A DNA stretch of 64,000 nt from Vitrella brassicaformis CCMP3155 (GCA_001179505.1 CDMY01000433.1:13299-77298), one strand, 5' to 3'; counted from the stretch's first letter, positions 35,169-47,414 are shown. Notes: generated by a model from the letters alone, not told the origin. Translations and numbers: made by a program.

Positions 35169-37894
35169 ATGGCAGCTGCAGCTGTGAGTCATCGCGGGAT
35201 GAAGCGTCCGGTGGATTTCTCTCAAGTTTGTGGGGAGGACGGGGACCACTGGCATGACGATCATGGCGTGGGGGGTGCGGTGTCGCCGCCGTCAGGTGGG
35301 GAGGGAAGGAGGGAGGGATGGAGAGAACGGGAGATGGGGAAGAGACCACCTGTCGTGCGTTGCGTTGGTTGCACCTGCTGTTGTTGGTGTGCAGGAGGGA
35401 TGGACAAACGTCACCATTCCGATGGCGACTTGAGTGCGTGGGGTCACATGGGGCTGCCCGTCGGCGAGCAGATGGTCGGCGAGACCCCACGGTGTGCTGC
35501 GGGTGCGGCGTCCTCTTCACCCAGATACGACATGGGCTCGTCCGTCCCTCCCCCTCCCCCTCCCCCCCTTCCATCCCTGCCCCTCATGGCCGATGAGGGC
35601 GGCCACGGCCACCCTACACACCCAATGGCTGATGCGGCTGAGGACCACGAGCTGGCCATCCCGCCCAACATCATCGCTGAGGCCCTCCTGCGGTGTCTGC
35701 TGGACCACACCAAGCCGGGCAGCCCTCTGGGGATCCAGTGGATGCCCGCTGACACCGCCATGGGGGCGGCCGGCGGCTGCTTTGTCGTACAGATAGAACA
35801 CGCCGACCAGCTCTATGACGGCGGGGTCTTCAAGCCACCCACACTCGCCAGATCAGACATCGAGGCATCCCTCAAACAGGTCAGCCAGTCAAGAGGCGGA
35901 TGGCGGTCTCCACGGGGCTGGAATAGAATAAGACGTCTTGTGTGTTTGTGCGTGGTGTGTGTGCAGGCGTTGTCGAGTCGCAATCGGCTGTTCTCTGACG
36001 AGTCCCACTGGATCGACCCCTCCCGTGTTGGTGTGCGCAAGGACGGGATGCCGATCCCCTGGCCGATTGCGTCGCAGTGGACCCAGATGGCCACCAACAA
36101 CTACCACTCGATGCCCCCGGCCCTTCCCATGTCGCCCCCCCACGGCCAGCCGTGCATCCCTCTCCCTCCCCCCGCCCCCATGCACCACCTGCCGGTCATG
36201 TCGCCCACCCACCTCCCCCTCCCTCCCCTCCCCATCCCCCTGCCGATGCTGCCCGTCCTCCAGCGGCAGCAGGGGGGCATCGGCGGGGGCGGTGGGCCTC
36301 ACCACCCACAGATGCGCCGCATCATGCCGCTGGTGCCACCCAATCACAGCAACATGGGGCAGGGTGGGGGTGCACCCCCATGGCCATTCGACACACTCCC
36401 GGAACATATCAACAGTAAGCACAGCACCTACCTATCAGATCTGACACGCGTCTCGTTTGTGCATTGCATTGGTGCCCTCCCCTCACTTGTCTGTCTGTCT
36501 GTCTGTCTGGATCAGATCGTGCGTTGAGTGACGACGAGGTGGTCGAGTACGCGCGTCAGCTGCTGGACGACGCCCGCAGCCGCGAGGAGGGCCCCGGTTT
36601 GAATGTGTCGTGGGACAAGCGGTCCAGGGCCTTCAAGCTGTCATTGAGGGACCCGAAGTTTCGACTCTTCCGTGAGTTCCGCCCGGCGGAGAAGACCGTC
36701 AAGGGCGTCTGTGAGGCGCTGGCCAAGGCACTCAAGCTGCGGGACGATGCCAGGGCCGGCAGGCTCACTAACCAGGCCGGAGGGCCACACATTCACTCAC
36801 CCAGAGGCAACCCAAGCAGAGGTACGTACGTACGTATGCACGTACAAACGGCACCTACACACCACACCATACCAGACCGACGGGAACTTGTTTGTATGCT
36901 TGTGGGGCTTGTGGATGTCTGCCTCTCTGTCTTGTCTTTGTGGCGCACGTATACATCCATGCAGCGATGCCGCGGATGCCGCCAGCAGTGTGTGAGCCGC
37001 CTTCCATGGGGCCCCCGCCCATCCCGGTCGACGTATCCGCATTCGCAGACAGCACGCGGGAAGAAATCGCCGGTGGGTCGCTCAAGCGCCCACACTACAC
37101 CCCTTTCAATGGCACACGCACCTAACCTGAAAAAATACCTGAACCGATGGATGTGTTGCTTGCAGCGAAATTTCCAGCGGCGTTTCGTCAGCTGACTCCA
37201 TCCGACCTTCGTCAGGCGGCTCAGGTGCTGTTGAACCGGCTGCGTGCGCAGTGCTCGATGGAGGAGTGCGGCGTGGGAGAGGGCCGGAAGGGCGGGCTGG
37301 GGATCAACCTGCAGACACAGACGACCAGTTTCGCCGTCAACATCCAGGTGGGCGGCAAGACCCACTACGGCGGCTCCCACCACCCCCCCTCACCGACCTT
37401 TGAGGGCATCGTCACGGCACTCAAGGCCGCCGTCGGATCCAGAAACAACCTCACACACTCCCTCGGGTAGGTAGGGTAGGGGACACACAACACACCCAAC
37501 TCAGTCAGTGCTGACAGGAGCGGCCGGGCTGGGGGCATCGATACATCGCACAGTCTGTCTGACCAAAACACGTGTGTGTGTGTTTTTGTGTGTGTGTGTG
37601 TGTGTGTTCCTGTGTAGGATGCCGGGTTTCATCCCCATGGTGCGTGTGGATCAGGCGTGGATAGCGCTGCTCGAGGACAAACAGACCGTCGACCAACAAC
37701 ACGACACACAGCCTCAAACAGAACGGGTCAGTGAGTGAGTGAGGCCCACACCCAGGCGGACAGGCAGAGCAGGCAGCCACTATCAAATCGATGGACGATG
37801 GATTGAGCAGCTCATCTGTATGGCGGGTGGTGTGTTGTGTTGCGTGTGTCGTGTTGTGTGTGTATGTCAGGCGGCTGGGCTGCCCCAGGCGTGA
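35169..37894 (+). CDS. Putative ApiAP2-like transcription factor with three divergent AP2-like domains
   Basis: GLNVSWDKRSRAFKLSLRDPKFRLFREFRPAEKTVKGVCEALAKALKLRD resembles the AP2 beta-sheet plus helix. Two related domains (LGIQW...FVVQI...YDGG...LKQALSSRN; LGINL...FAVNI...YGG...LKAAVGSRN) are separated by Pro-rich linkers. Ends approximate. Confidence 0.6.
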
Positions 37895-38048
37895 CAGCCT
37901 CCTGGATGGATGGATAGCTGACTGAAGCCAGTCGGGTCCGCCACCAGGGAGGGCGCAACCAAGGGGCTTGCTTGGCGTGTCAGTGTTCTGTACAAAGGGC
38001 GACGAGCGCCTACCTGCGCACGCTGGTTGGGTGGCTGGCTACTGTCTA

Positions 38049-38079
<31 letters not shown>

Positions 38080-38783
38080 TGAACAGCTGTGTGTTTTTCA
38101 GGATAGATGTATTGGTTGCTGCTGGCTGGCACACAAGTAATACCCAACGTTTCCATCCAACCATCAGATGGATGGTGCCTATCTATCCTAGACAGATCCT
38201 ATCTATATAGTACTAATATAGAGAGAGAGGGTGATGTATGTGTCAGTCTCGGTGAGTCACTTTTCCAAACTAGGCAAGGCAAGGCCAGCTTACTAAGTAA
38301 TTAAGCGGACGGACAAGAGGGCGAAGGCACGCATGTAAGTGGATGGATGCCTTCATGCCTGCCTGCGTGAGTGCCAGCACGTGTGAGCGGGTGTGGGGTG
38401 TGCAGGTAGGGCGATATATGGGTGAGAGAGAGATTGACGCTGACTCTGGTTTCTATGGAATAATGATGAGTCGTTCTCTACACATACGTTACGCAATGCA
38501 ATCCATACACGAAAAACGGTCAGATACACACACGCACAGTCGCCTACACAGCAGACATGCCATGCCATGGCCATGCCCGACGCTGGCCAGACACCACCTA
38601 TCCGGCCATCAAGCCATCCATCCATCTCATCGTGCTTCTTTCTAGCTAGGCTCACAAGAAGCTCCCTCTCACCCACCTCAACTACCGATCTATCTGTCTG
38701 CCTGCGTGCCTGCCTCGGTGGAAGGAAGCACACCCCTGGTTGTTGCTGCTGCTGCCGCCGCTACAGATCGCCCGTCACACTCA

Positions 38784-41155
38784 CTATTCGTTCCACTGCT
38801 TCCGCTCCTGCCCTGCCGGCGGCTCGAGAGGCTCCTTCTCGTAATCCCTGCACACATGCATACGCCCACACAGTAAATGAGGGATGGATGGATGGTAGGA
38901 TCGATGACAACAAACCAATTAGCACGCCCCAAATGCAGTGCAGTGTGTTGTGCTGTCAGGCTCCCTCCCTCCCTCACTTGTGGCTGACTTCGCCCCAGTT
39001 GGTGGACAATACCGTCCCGCCAGACGTTTGCTGCGCACACACACAGGGCAGACACACAGCAATCAATAGGTAGGGAGGGAGTTACCCATCAGTCAGTCAG
39101 TCGGTCAGTCACACTGGGTTACATTCATTCGGCTTACGAAGGACTTGACCATGGCCCGTCTGGTGTCTTCGTCGCCCTTGGCGTATATCTCCCTGAAGAG
39201 GGCGTTGAGCGCCGCCTCGCCCTCAGGCCTCTCGGCCTTCAACTCGTCCTCCAACTCCTGCACACACGCAGACGCACGCACACACACACACACATAGAAA
39301 ACACACACACAAAGCGCGTGCAGGAGTGAGTGACCGACCGACCTTGTCGATTTGTTCCCAGTCTTTCTTCTGAGCCCGTGATGAGGGATACTGACGTGCC
39401 TCACCTGCCAGTCACCGCATAAACACCACACGAACACACAACACGTACGTACGTCATCCGGGGGGGCATATATCTCTCTAGGTAACAAACATGTGTCCGT
39501 GTCCAGCTCATGTCAGTGTGTCAGTGCAGTGCAGTGACCCTTCTTGTTCTCTGCTGCCTTCTCCAGTGTGGGCCATACAGCACCTGCACACACGCAGAAA
39601 AAGAGACACACTCGCACAGACGAACGATCCCTGAAGCAGCTGATGTCTCGACACTCCACGCACTTCTCACCCTTCCGTCCCTGCCTAGCCTACCTACCGT
39701 ATGTTTTCTTTTTCATTTTGAGTTCGACTTTGAGTGGGGAGACGACCACAGTGGACATGTCGGGGACGATGTCGCCGTGCAGCTCGCCCACACGCAACAC
39801 CCACGGACAGACCTCACCCTCGCCTATCCACACAAACACATGGGGAACGAGCGGAGTGAGGCCGGTCGGTCGGCAGGCGGTACCTGGCAGCTGCAGAGTA
39901 AGCGAGAAGGACCTAAGGTCAGCCAACGGATGGCAACAAACAAGGGTGAGCCAGCTATCCATCCATCTCACCAGTCTCCGACTCGTTCGAGTACCTGTCA
40001 GCGAAAGTAGCGTTGCATTGTTTGTCGGTGAGGCCCTTGGCGTACACAGTCACCATCACGTGGCTCGACGTCTGCATCCACTCGTGCCTGCACCGTACAT
40101 ATGTTGACAGACAGACAGACAGACAGACAGGCAGACAGACAGGCAGACAGACAGGCAGACAGACAGGCAGACAGACAGGGAGGGAGGGAGGGAGGGAAGA
40201 GGGAGCAATGCATGCCAAGTGTTTATATATTGTCCCTCTGCGTCTTGACCCGTTTACCTGATTTTGTGTGAGGCGGCATCATCCGAAGGTGGGGGCTGCG
40301 GCTGTTGCCTCTCCTTGGGCAGCACAGCGGGGGCCTCCTTCACTACTGGAGCCGCTGGCATGGGCCGCTCGGCCGAACGCGGCGGAACAACGCTGTGGCC
40401 GTTGACTGAGGCACTGCTCGTAGACAGCGGGTAGACAGAGCCTGACATACAGATAGGTCTGTCCATCCATCGACTGGCCCGGCTGGCGTGCCAGAGCACA
40501 CAGACCGACCTGATATTTCGGCGTTGCATTTCCTGATCCATCTGTCCCATGGGACGGCGGGGGTGTCGGTGCCAGTGCCCATCTGGTGGTGCATGTCGGC
40601 CCCCTTCTGGAAACACGTTAGGGCGGCCTCGTACTCACGCTGACTGTACAAACACTCCCTGAGCAAACATTCAGCACACCACAGGACAGGAGGGTCTGCC
40701 TTCATTGATCTATCTATCTGTCTGCCGTGCGTGTGCGTACAGTACCCCTTCCTGAGGAATGCCATGAGTTTGGGTTTGGTCGGCCCCTCGCCGGCCTGAC
40801 GCGACAAAACCTCGTTGCTGTCAGCTACGCCACCTGAACAAACCATCAGCCATCGAGACGATCTTGGTGCAGCAAGAATGAGGGAGTCTGACGTCGTCTA
40901 CCTACCTGGGAAGTTTCCCGAGTGGATGTGTGCTGCCGCCCGGTTTGTGAGGCACTCGAGCACATCCTGGGGAGGAGATCCGACGTCTATGCCCTCCGAG
41001 TAAGCTGCACGCACACCAACAGATCTGCTGCTTGTGTGTTGTCCGCTGCCATCATTCATCGCCGTGTTTTGTGTGTGTTGACCTTCGATGGCCAGCGCAT
41101 AGCTTCCGTCGACAAAGCGGCTGTTGCCGACACACAGCCACCTGTTCGCGTCCAT
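38784..41155 (-). CDS. SGT1: SGT1 HSP90 co-chaperone (TPR-CS-SGS)
   Basis: TPR start [24 protein letters not shown]; CS domain [19 protein letters not shown]; SGS domain [28 protein letters not shown]...[10 protein letters not shown]...[13 protein letters not shown]. Confidence 0.92.
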
Positions 41156-41168
41156 GTTGCCTCTCTGT

Positions 41169-41176
41169 TGCGAGCT
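41169..41176. promoter_or_regulatory. TGCGAGCT motif in the 61-bp SGT1/IFT43 interval
   Basis: Lies between the ATGs at 41155 (-) and 41217 (+). Confidence 0.55.
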
Positions 41177-41216
41177 TGGAGGATGTAAATGGAGCTCTTT
41201 TGGGGGCTGGACAGTA

Positions 41217-42110
41217 ATGAGTGAGCAGCGTCAGCAGGGCTGGAGTTCCGACGGCCCGCCTGTGCCGCGGGGGCCCGGGGGTGTGGCGAAGCGTGAGCCT
41301 GACCTTGAGCCGATGGATTCGTCTGGTCAGGATGAGCCGCAGATCCCCACACTCGAGGAGGCCGACGATGACGACCACACACAACACCAGGTGGCAGCGC
41401 CACCCGCATTCTTAAAGGTCAGGACGCCGAGAGGATGGCAGGGAGGAAGGAAGATAGTACATAGAGAAATTGGCCTGCCTGACAATGGGCCCGAGCCAGT
41501 GACCTGTCTGTATGTTCATGTGTATGTCTGTGTGCAGGTGTTGAAGCCCGTGAGTATCAAGAAGGATTTCCGCTCCACCCTACTGCTCCACCCGGTGGGC
41601 GTGTACTGACGTGATGGTGCCTGACGCCGAAACGATAATGTCCTCCCTCTGGTGGCTGGTTGGTCATGTATGTCTGTGTGCAGGAGGAGGGGGTGGATTT
41701 AAGCATTCTCACGACCACACTGTGCTCCGAGAAAGCCGTACACATACACACACGACGAGAGAGAAATGGCTGAGGGGCATATGTGCGGTCGTATGGGTGG
41801 GTGGGTGGGTGGGTGGGTGGAAACTGTCTGCAGATCCGCGAAGCCGAGCAGGACGTGCTGTGGGACTACGATATACTCTTTTCGGAGGTGAGCAGGACAC
41901 CCATCAGTCAGCAGACACTGCACGTGGACGTATGTGATTCTCTCTGTCCGCTTGCCTTTCATCCTTCCATCCATCTGTTTGTCCCTCCCACAGATTGCCT
42001 CCTCGCTGCGGTCGCAGACATTCGAAGACACGGACACCCACTCCAAAACCAACATGGCCACTCAGGTCTGTGGGTATCATGATAACGATATACACGGACG
42101 GCTAGCCTAA
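41217..42110 (+). CDS. IFT43: Intraflagellar transport protein 43 (IFT-A)
   Basis: IPTLEEADDD...QVAAPP and GVDLSILTTTLCSEKAIREAEQDVLWDYDILFSEIAS match the conserved IFT43 blocks (IPxLE..QVAAPP; IDLxLL...EDD..WDWDxLFxEV). 3' end approximate. Confidence 0.8.
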
Positions 42111-42635
42111 CCACTGAGTGCACTGGGTGGGGTGCTATGGATATGTGCGCCTCGCCTTGTCCGTGTGTGCAGGGCGGCGTGGCGTACGACTTGCCGTATT
42201 GATTGGATTGCGTTTCGTCGTGTCGGGTGGACTGACTTTTCCCTCCGTCCGTCCGTATGTAGTCCCTCCCTCCCTGTCTGATGGTGTTTGTCTCGGTCTA
42301 CGTGTGGGAGACCGACAGAGAGCACCCATCCATCCCATTGGTTTAAACCACAGATGGCCATGAATGAAGGTCTCGCATGCGGTCCCATTGCATCCATCCA
42401 TCGCAGGACAGGTCATGGCACATGTAGCACATGATTCAGTCAGGCGGGTAGTGGGGTACGTACAGAGGGAAAATGGGGCGGGGGGGAGGGAGAGATAGGG
42501 AGAGAGATAGGCAACAAGCAGTGAGCTCCTCTGACTTGTTGCAATCATTCGACTGTCCGCAGTGTATCCATCCTGTAGATAGCAAGCACGGCTACACACA
42601 GACAGCCAAGGCGAAGCTGTACACCAGTCAGTTCG

Positions 42636-43567
42636 TCATCTGAACTCGAAGCCTTGTTCCTGAGTGGCAGTTTGCGGCCGTTGAAGCCCGCCCGCCCCGG
42701 TGTCCTGCGCCTTCCTCTGCTTCATCATGTCCTCCATCATCTTGTTGCTCGCCGCCTGCTGAATGTACTGCCTGCACACACACACACACACACACACACA
42801 AATCCATCCTCAAACGTAAAGTGTTGTGTAGTGTTCGGTGTATCTGTCTGTCTTACTGTCGGGGTGACTGTGCCCATTTCCGCTGCACGATCATGGACAC
42901 GCCCTCGATGATGGTCAGCAGCACACCACCTATCATCGCATTCCGCATCGCAGAACGCCACCCACCTGAGCGAGTTGATGGATGCAGTACACCAACACAT
43001 ACACACCGCGGACATGAGCCCTGTCTATCGGGCTTAAGCAAGTCGGCGTGTGTTCGTGCCTCTGAGTGCGAGTGTGCCGCCTGTGAGGAAGCCCGACGCT
43101 ATCGCGTTCCAGTGGTCCTCCTTGCCACGCAGGTACTGAAAACTGCAATCAAACACCGAAAACGTGCCGCCCCACACCGCAAAATTGCCTGAAGAAGATC
43201 CATAAGATGACAGAAATGGATAATAACCAGACAGGCAATGGGGATGGATGCACCAGTCTGGCTGTCTACCACACAGGTAGGTGCTGTGTTGAGCTCACCG
43301 CCCAGGCCGGGTGCTCTTGATTTGGCGCTGTAGAGAGCGCCCGACAGCACCTCTCCCCTGGGGGAGTTCCTGGCGCCCTTGACAAAGTGCCACAGGAAAC
43401 CGCCCACACAGCCCATCCCAAATGCACCGCCCAAATCCTCCACTATGCGGTCGGGACATGGCTGCACACACGGAATCCATCCCACGTACACATCACGGAT
43501 GGACACATGGATGGATGCAGCAAGGTGTGCGTACCTCTCGGCCGAGGTCTGACGAGTGTTCTCCCAT
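42636..43567 (-). CDS. TIM17: Mitochondrial inner-membrane translocase subunit Tim17
   Basis: [38 protein letters not shown]...[24 protein letters not shown]...[18 protein letters not shown]...[14 protein letters not shown]. Confidence 0.93.
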
Positions 43568-43756
43568 CTAGCTATGTGTCCACGGACCGCACTTGGACAG
43601 TCAGTGCCTTTCCCCTCTGCCCGCAAAGACAATCAAAAAGGCGAGGGGGAGATGGTCCATGACAATAAGTATTCCATGACCATCTTTCGTTGTGTGTTTC
43701 ATGCAGCCTTCCTACCTTGTGTGAATAATGGTGCAGGGGGAGGGAAGACAGGCAAG

Positions 43757-46130
43757 TGAAGCTCGCAGTCGAGATTTTTTCTCGACGAGAGACGGCTGGC
43801 GACAACAGCAATTGTTATCTCCGCAACCGCGCTAAACTTTCAGTTGCTCCTTTCGTTACATTTATCATGCTGCAGGACCCGCCCGGACTTGAGGAGGAGA
43901 TCTGAGGTTCTTCTTCTCCCAGCTTGTCAGCGCGCAGGGCGCATGGAACAACGCGTACGTTGAGAAACAGAAACAGCCACGCAGACGCAAAGCGGAAGAA
44001 CGAACAGCATGCATCTGTTCTTCCTCCCTGTTCAGATCGAGAAACTGGACGCGGAGAGGGATGCACTGAAGAGTGAGCGATTGGGCGGGTCCCACTTGTC
44101 TGTCCCCCATGCGCCCATCTGTCTGGCTGGCTGGCTGAGTGAGACATCTGCGTGCTTTCTCTCGTGTGTACGCATGAATGTATGCAATGAATGCAGAGAG
44201 GCTCAAAGACACCACTGGTCAAGGTCAAGACGGATAGCTTTGCTACTTCCGCCTCGCCTCTTTCCTGACTGAGGATACGCATGCCTTCTTTTGCGCTGTA
44301 CTCAAACACGCAGGTCAGGAGGCTGGAATCGGAGGTCAAGGATCTCAAAGGTCAGTCAGTCACGAGTTGTCAGTCATATCTAAGCATCTCCTTTTGCCAC
44401 CTGCGTGCAGAGCGCCTCAAGACCAAGAGTGTGACGGCCAGCACTCACCCCAACAAGGTCAATGGACAAAGAAGCGAGGATCACGCCACGGAGTGACTGA
44501 TGACCGAGGCCTCGCCTCCTTTGTGAATCGATTGATGTTTAGATTGTCATGCTGCAGGACCCGTCCGGACTTGAGGAGGAGAGGACCCCAACTCATCAGG
44601 CCAGGAGCTGCAGCTGGACGAGGCCACCGCGCCTTCTCGCCGGCGCCTGACGAGGTACATGAAGGAAGACCCGGGGCAGCATTAGACAAACTGAATGGAC
44701 GGTTGATGAAACGAAGCATCGCTGGCTGTCTGCTGTCTACCGCGCGCGTTCAGGCCTCCCGGCGCTGTTTCCCTCGGACGAAGGAGCTTAAGGAAAAGTT
44801 CGATCACTTTGAGCGTTGCCTTCAAGCTAGACCACGAGAACAAGCGGCTTGTTTTTGTGGCGAACAAGCCGTTCGTGCGGCCTATTTCGATGGCGCCAAG
44901 CGGTGCGTGCTGACGGTGGATGGTGGACAGGGGGTGGAACCCTTCGTTGTCGCGATGGACTACCTCGGTAAGCAGGGGAGGCTTTCGACTCGCTGCTGGC
45001 TGTATGGATGCGTTCATGGTCAGGTGGTGAGTGGATGATGGTCACGGAATTTCAGAGGCTGTACAACATCCCCGACATGTGCGAGAGACTCAAGGGTGCG
45101 AGTGACGAGGACGGGGCTTGGAGTAGGGCACATACCGCCCTCCACCCAGCAGAAGTTCACTCGCGCCCGCCCACCTACAGCCGCGGAGCTGGCTGGCCAT
45201 CAGGGCGGGACGGACTCCCCCCCGCGACCCCACGGAGGAGGAGCTGGCCCTTTTCTGGCGGGTGATCGAGCTGGGCGAGGACCCCAGTGTGTCCCGTAGG
45301 GAGGTCGAGGAGGCCAACGAGAATTTCGTCTACGCTCCTGACGAGGTACATGAAGGGGGCGGCATTGACAAACCGAATGGATGGAAGCGGAGCATTGCCT
45401 GCGGGCTGTCTGCTGTCTTTTGTGCGTGAGGTCAGGCCGTCCGCCACGTCTTCCGGGCAACCTCCTTTGAGGACATCTGCAGGTTCCACGCCGCCTCGGA
45501 CCCGTGGAAGAAGGAGGAATACATGGAGCATGCTCGCTTATACGGTAGGAAGGGACAGGATGGATAAAGATGCACGCCTATCGGTGGTACATGGTGGCGC
45601 TCCTCCTTGTTTTACTCACAGCCCAGGAAATGGCTGCCGCCGCCGCCTCAACCGCACCCCCGCTGGCCGCCCCTCACCCCCCACTGAAGCCGCCAGCCAC
45701 GCCGCCAACCGCTGGTGGGGTTACCCCTCCCCCCCGTGTCAACAGCCAGGCAGCCCCCGCATGTCATGCGGCCCGCATACGGGCACCCTTTGCCCACTCG
45801 CCCGCCCCCAACACCAGCACCACCACCACCACCAGCCCTGCCGAGGTACGAGCCAGTCCTAGGATTTCACGTGGGCGACCAGCGGAGCGCACGATGACGC
45901 TCGTGCGAGCCGTCCACCACCAGCCCCCCATCTTACTTACTGTCTGGCGGAGGACCAAGTAGACAGACAGACAGACAGAGAGATGATTGACTGAGTGTGC
46001 GTGACTGTGTGTGGGGGGAGCCGCATTCCAAGGAGGTAGCCAGGCGCCTTTCTCTTGGATTGGTGGGCGCTAAATTTCATCGCTGCCTGCATTTTATATC
46101 CTTAGTGCTCGTTGTCGCGTCCGTTGATAC
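43757..46130 (+). pseudogene. Second, inverted copy of the uncharacterised family unit (frameshifted)
   Basis: Same RDPTEEELALFWRVIELGEDPSVSRREVEEANENFVYAPDE|AVRHVFRATSFEDICRFH exon, same introns and AQEMAAAAASTAPP linker. Several frameshifts. 5' and 3' flanks are homologous to those of the 32640-34935 unit. Confidence 0.65.
43760..43786. promoter_or_regulatory. AGCTCGCA motif plus hairpin GTCGAGA-T5-TCTCGAC
   Basis: Between the TIM17 ATG (43567, -) and the family unit (+). Confidence 0.45.
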
Positions 46131-46619
46131 ATGCTGTTATAAGCAAGACTTCCAATCTTCCCAATGACCGACTGTGTCTAGCTCGTCGTGGCAGTATGGC
46201 CTCGTGCAGGTGCGAGGATGATATGTAGGCCCACCTTGAGGGTTGGTGCCTTATGTCGCTGCCTGCCTTTTTATGCATTGTGTGAGGTGACACTCATTGG
46301 TGGTTTCCGTTGTGCTTTTTAAGGTCTGGTGCTTCCGTGTTTTAGGTTGGTGGTTGCGCGACCACTAACTCATTCACTCACCCGTCCGTCCGTCCATCCA
46401 TCCATCCATCCGTCCAGCAATGCACCACACTCTTTGCTCTGCAAAGAGGCCACGGAGGAGCGACATAGTTCGGTCCATGCATCCACTCAAAAAGCATGCT
46501 ACTCTTGTCAGTCAGCAGGGAACGACATCTCAGTCATGATTGACGGCAGCCTCATCACGGCGTCCCTCCGTCCCTTTCTTCTCTGTCCGCCCTACACTAC
46601 ACAGTGCCCCTTGGTTCAC

Positions 46620-47171
46620 TCACTGGCCGGCCCCGCCTGTCCCTCCCTGGTGCTGCTGGCCGCCGTGTACGTGGCCAGCCGGTCGGCCAGGGGACGCCTG
46701 TGGCGGAGGACGCTCTCGCGGAGGACGCTCTCCCGGCCGCATCGCAGCAGCATCAGGGGTCTCCTGCTGGCGCATGGCCGCTATGTCGGCCAGCAGCTCC
46801 TCGCGGTCGGCCGCCGTGAGCTGCTCCACCCTCTTGAGCGCCTCCACCTTTGCCCGCATCCCCACCAACTCGGCAATGAGAGCGGCCTGGTCGCTCTGAG
46901 GCAAAGCCAAACACGTGGTATGCATGTTGTGCCTCACTCAAAACTCGTAGTGCAGATCAACATTCACATACCAGCAGCGCCCTCCGCTGGATGGCGGCGG
47001 CCTCGACCGCGAGGGCCTCTATCTCGGCCCGCCACTTCGCAATTAAAGGCTGAAGGAAAACAAAGAACAAGTGACAAAGTGCTGTGTTGATGGGCGTCAC
47101 TTGCATACCTCCCGGTGGCGCCTCACGTGCTCACGTATCTCCCTCAGGCGCTCCCCCTCCTCGGTTGACAT
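46620..47171 (-). CDS. Small hypothetical coiled-coil protein (3 exons)
   Basis: GCCGCCATG start. MSTEEGERLREIREHVRRHRE|PLIAKWRAEIEALAVEAAAIQRRALL|SDQAALIAELVGMRAKVEALKRVEQL, joined by two phase-0 GT-AG introns. Confidence 0.6.
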
Positions 47172-47251
47172 GGCGGCGATGAGGCGCTCGACTTCTTGCC
47201 CCTCGGACACACCCGGAGGAGGGTCGAGTGAGAGAGCGGTTTCACGGAATG

Positions 47252-47259
47252 TGCGAGCT
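47252..47259. promoter_or_regulatory. TGCGAGCT motif between the small coiled-coil gene and ycf54
   Basis: Inside the 47171-47415 divergent interval, followed by a near-copy tgcgagtc. Confidence 0.45.
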
Positions 47260-47414
47260 TTGCGAGTCGGGCGAGAAGAAGGGAGCGAGGGCCCTTTCGC
47301 CCGTTGAATCACCCGTGAACTCGAGAAGGTTCCGTTGCTGCCCGAGATCTGGCAAGGTCGGACGTCCAGGGGCCTGTTGCGCAAGTGGTCGTCAGTTAAT
47401 CATCCTCACCCACG

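Noticed and set aside
45340-45440. Conserved in-frame TGA (FCA*GQA) in four family copies, suggesting selenocysteine or readthrough
   Set aside because: The TGA lies inside a 90-nt phase-0 intron (GAG|gtacatgaag...gtgaggtcag|GCC). Removing the intron gives YAPDE-AVRHVFR, and indels between copies are confined to this interval.
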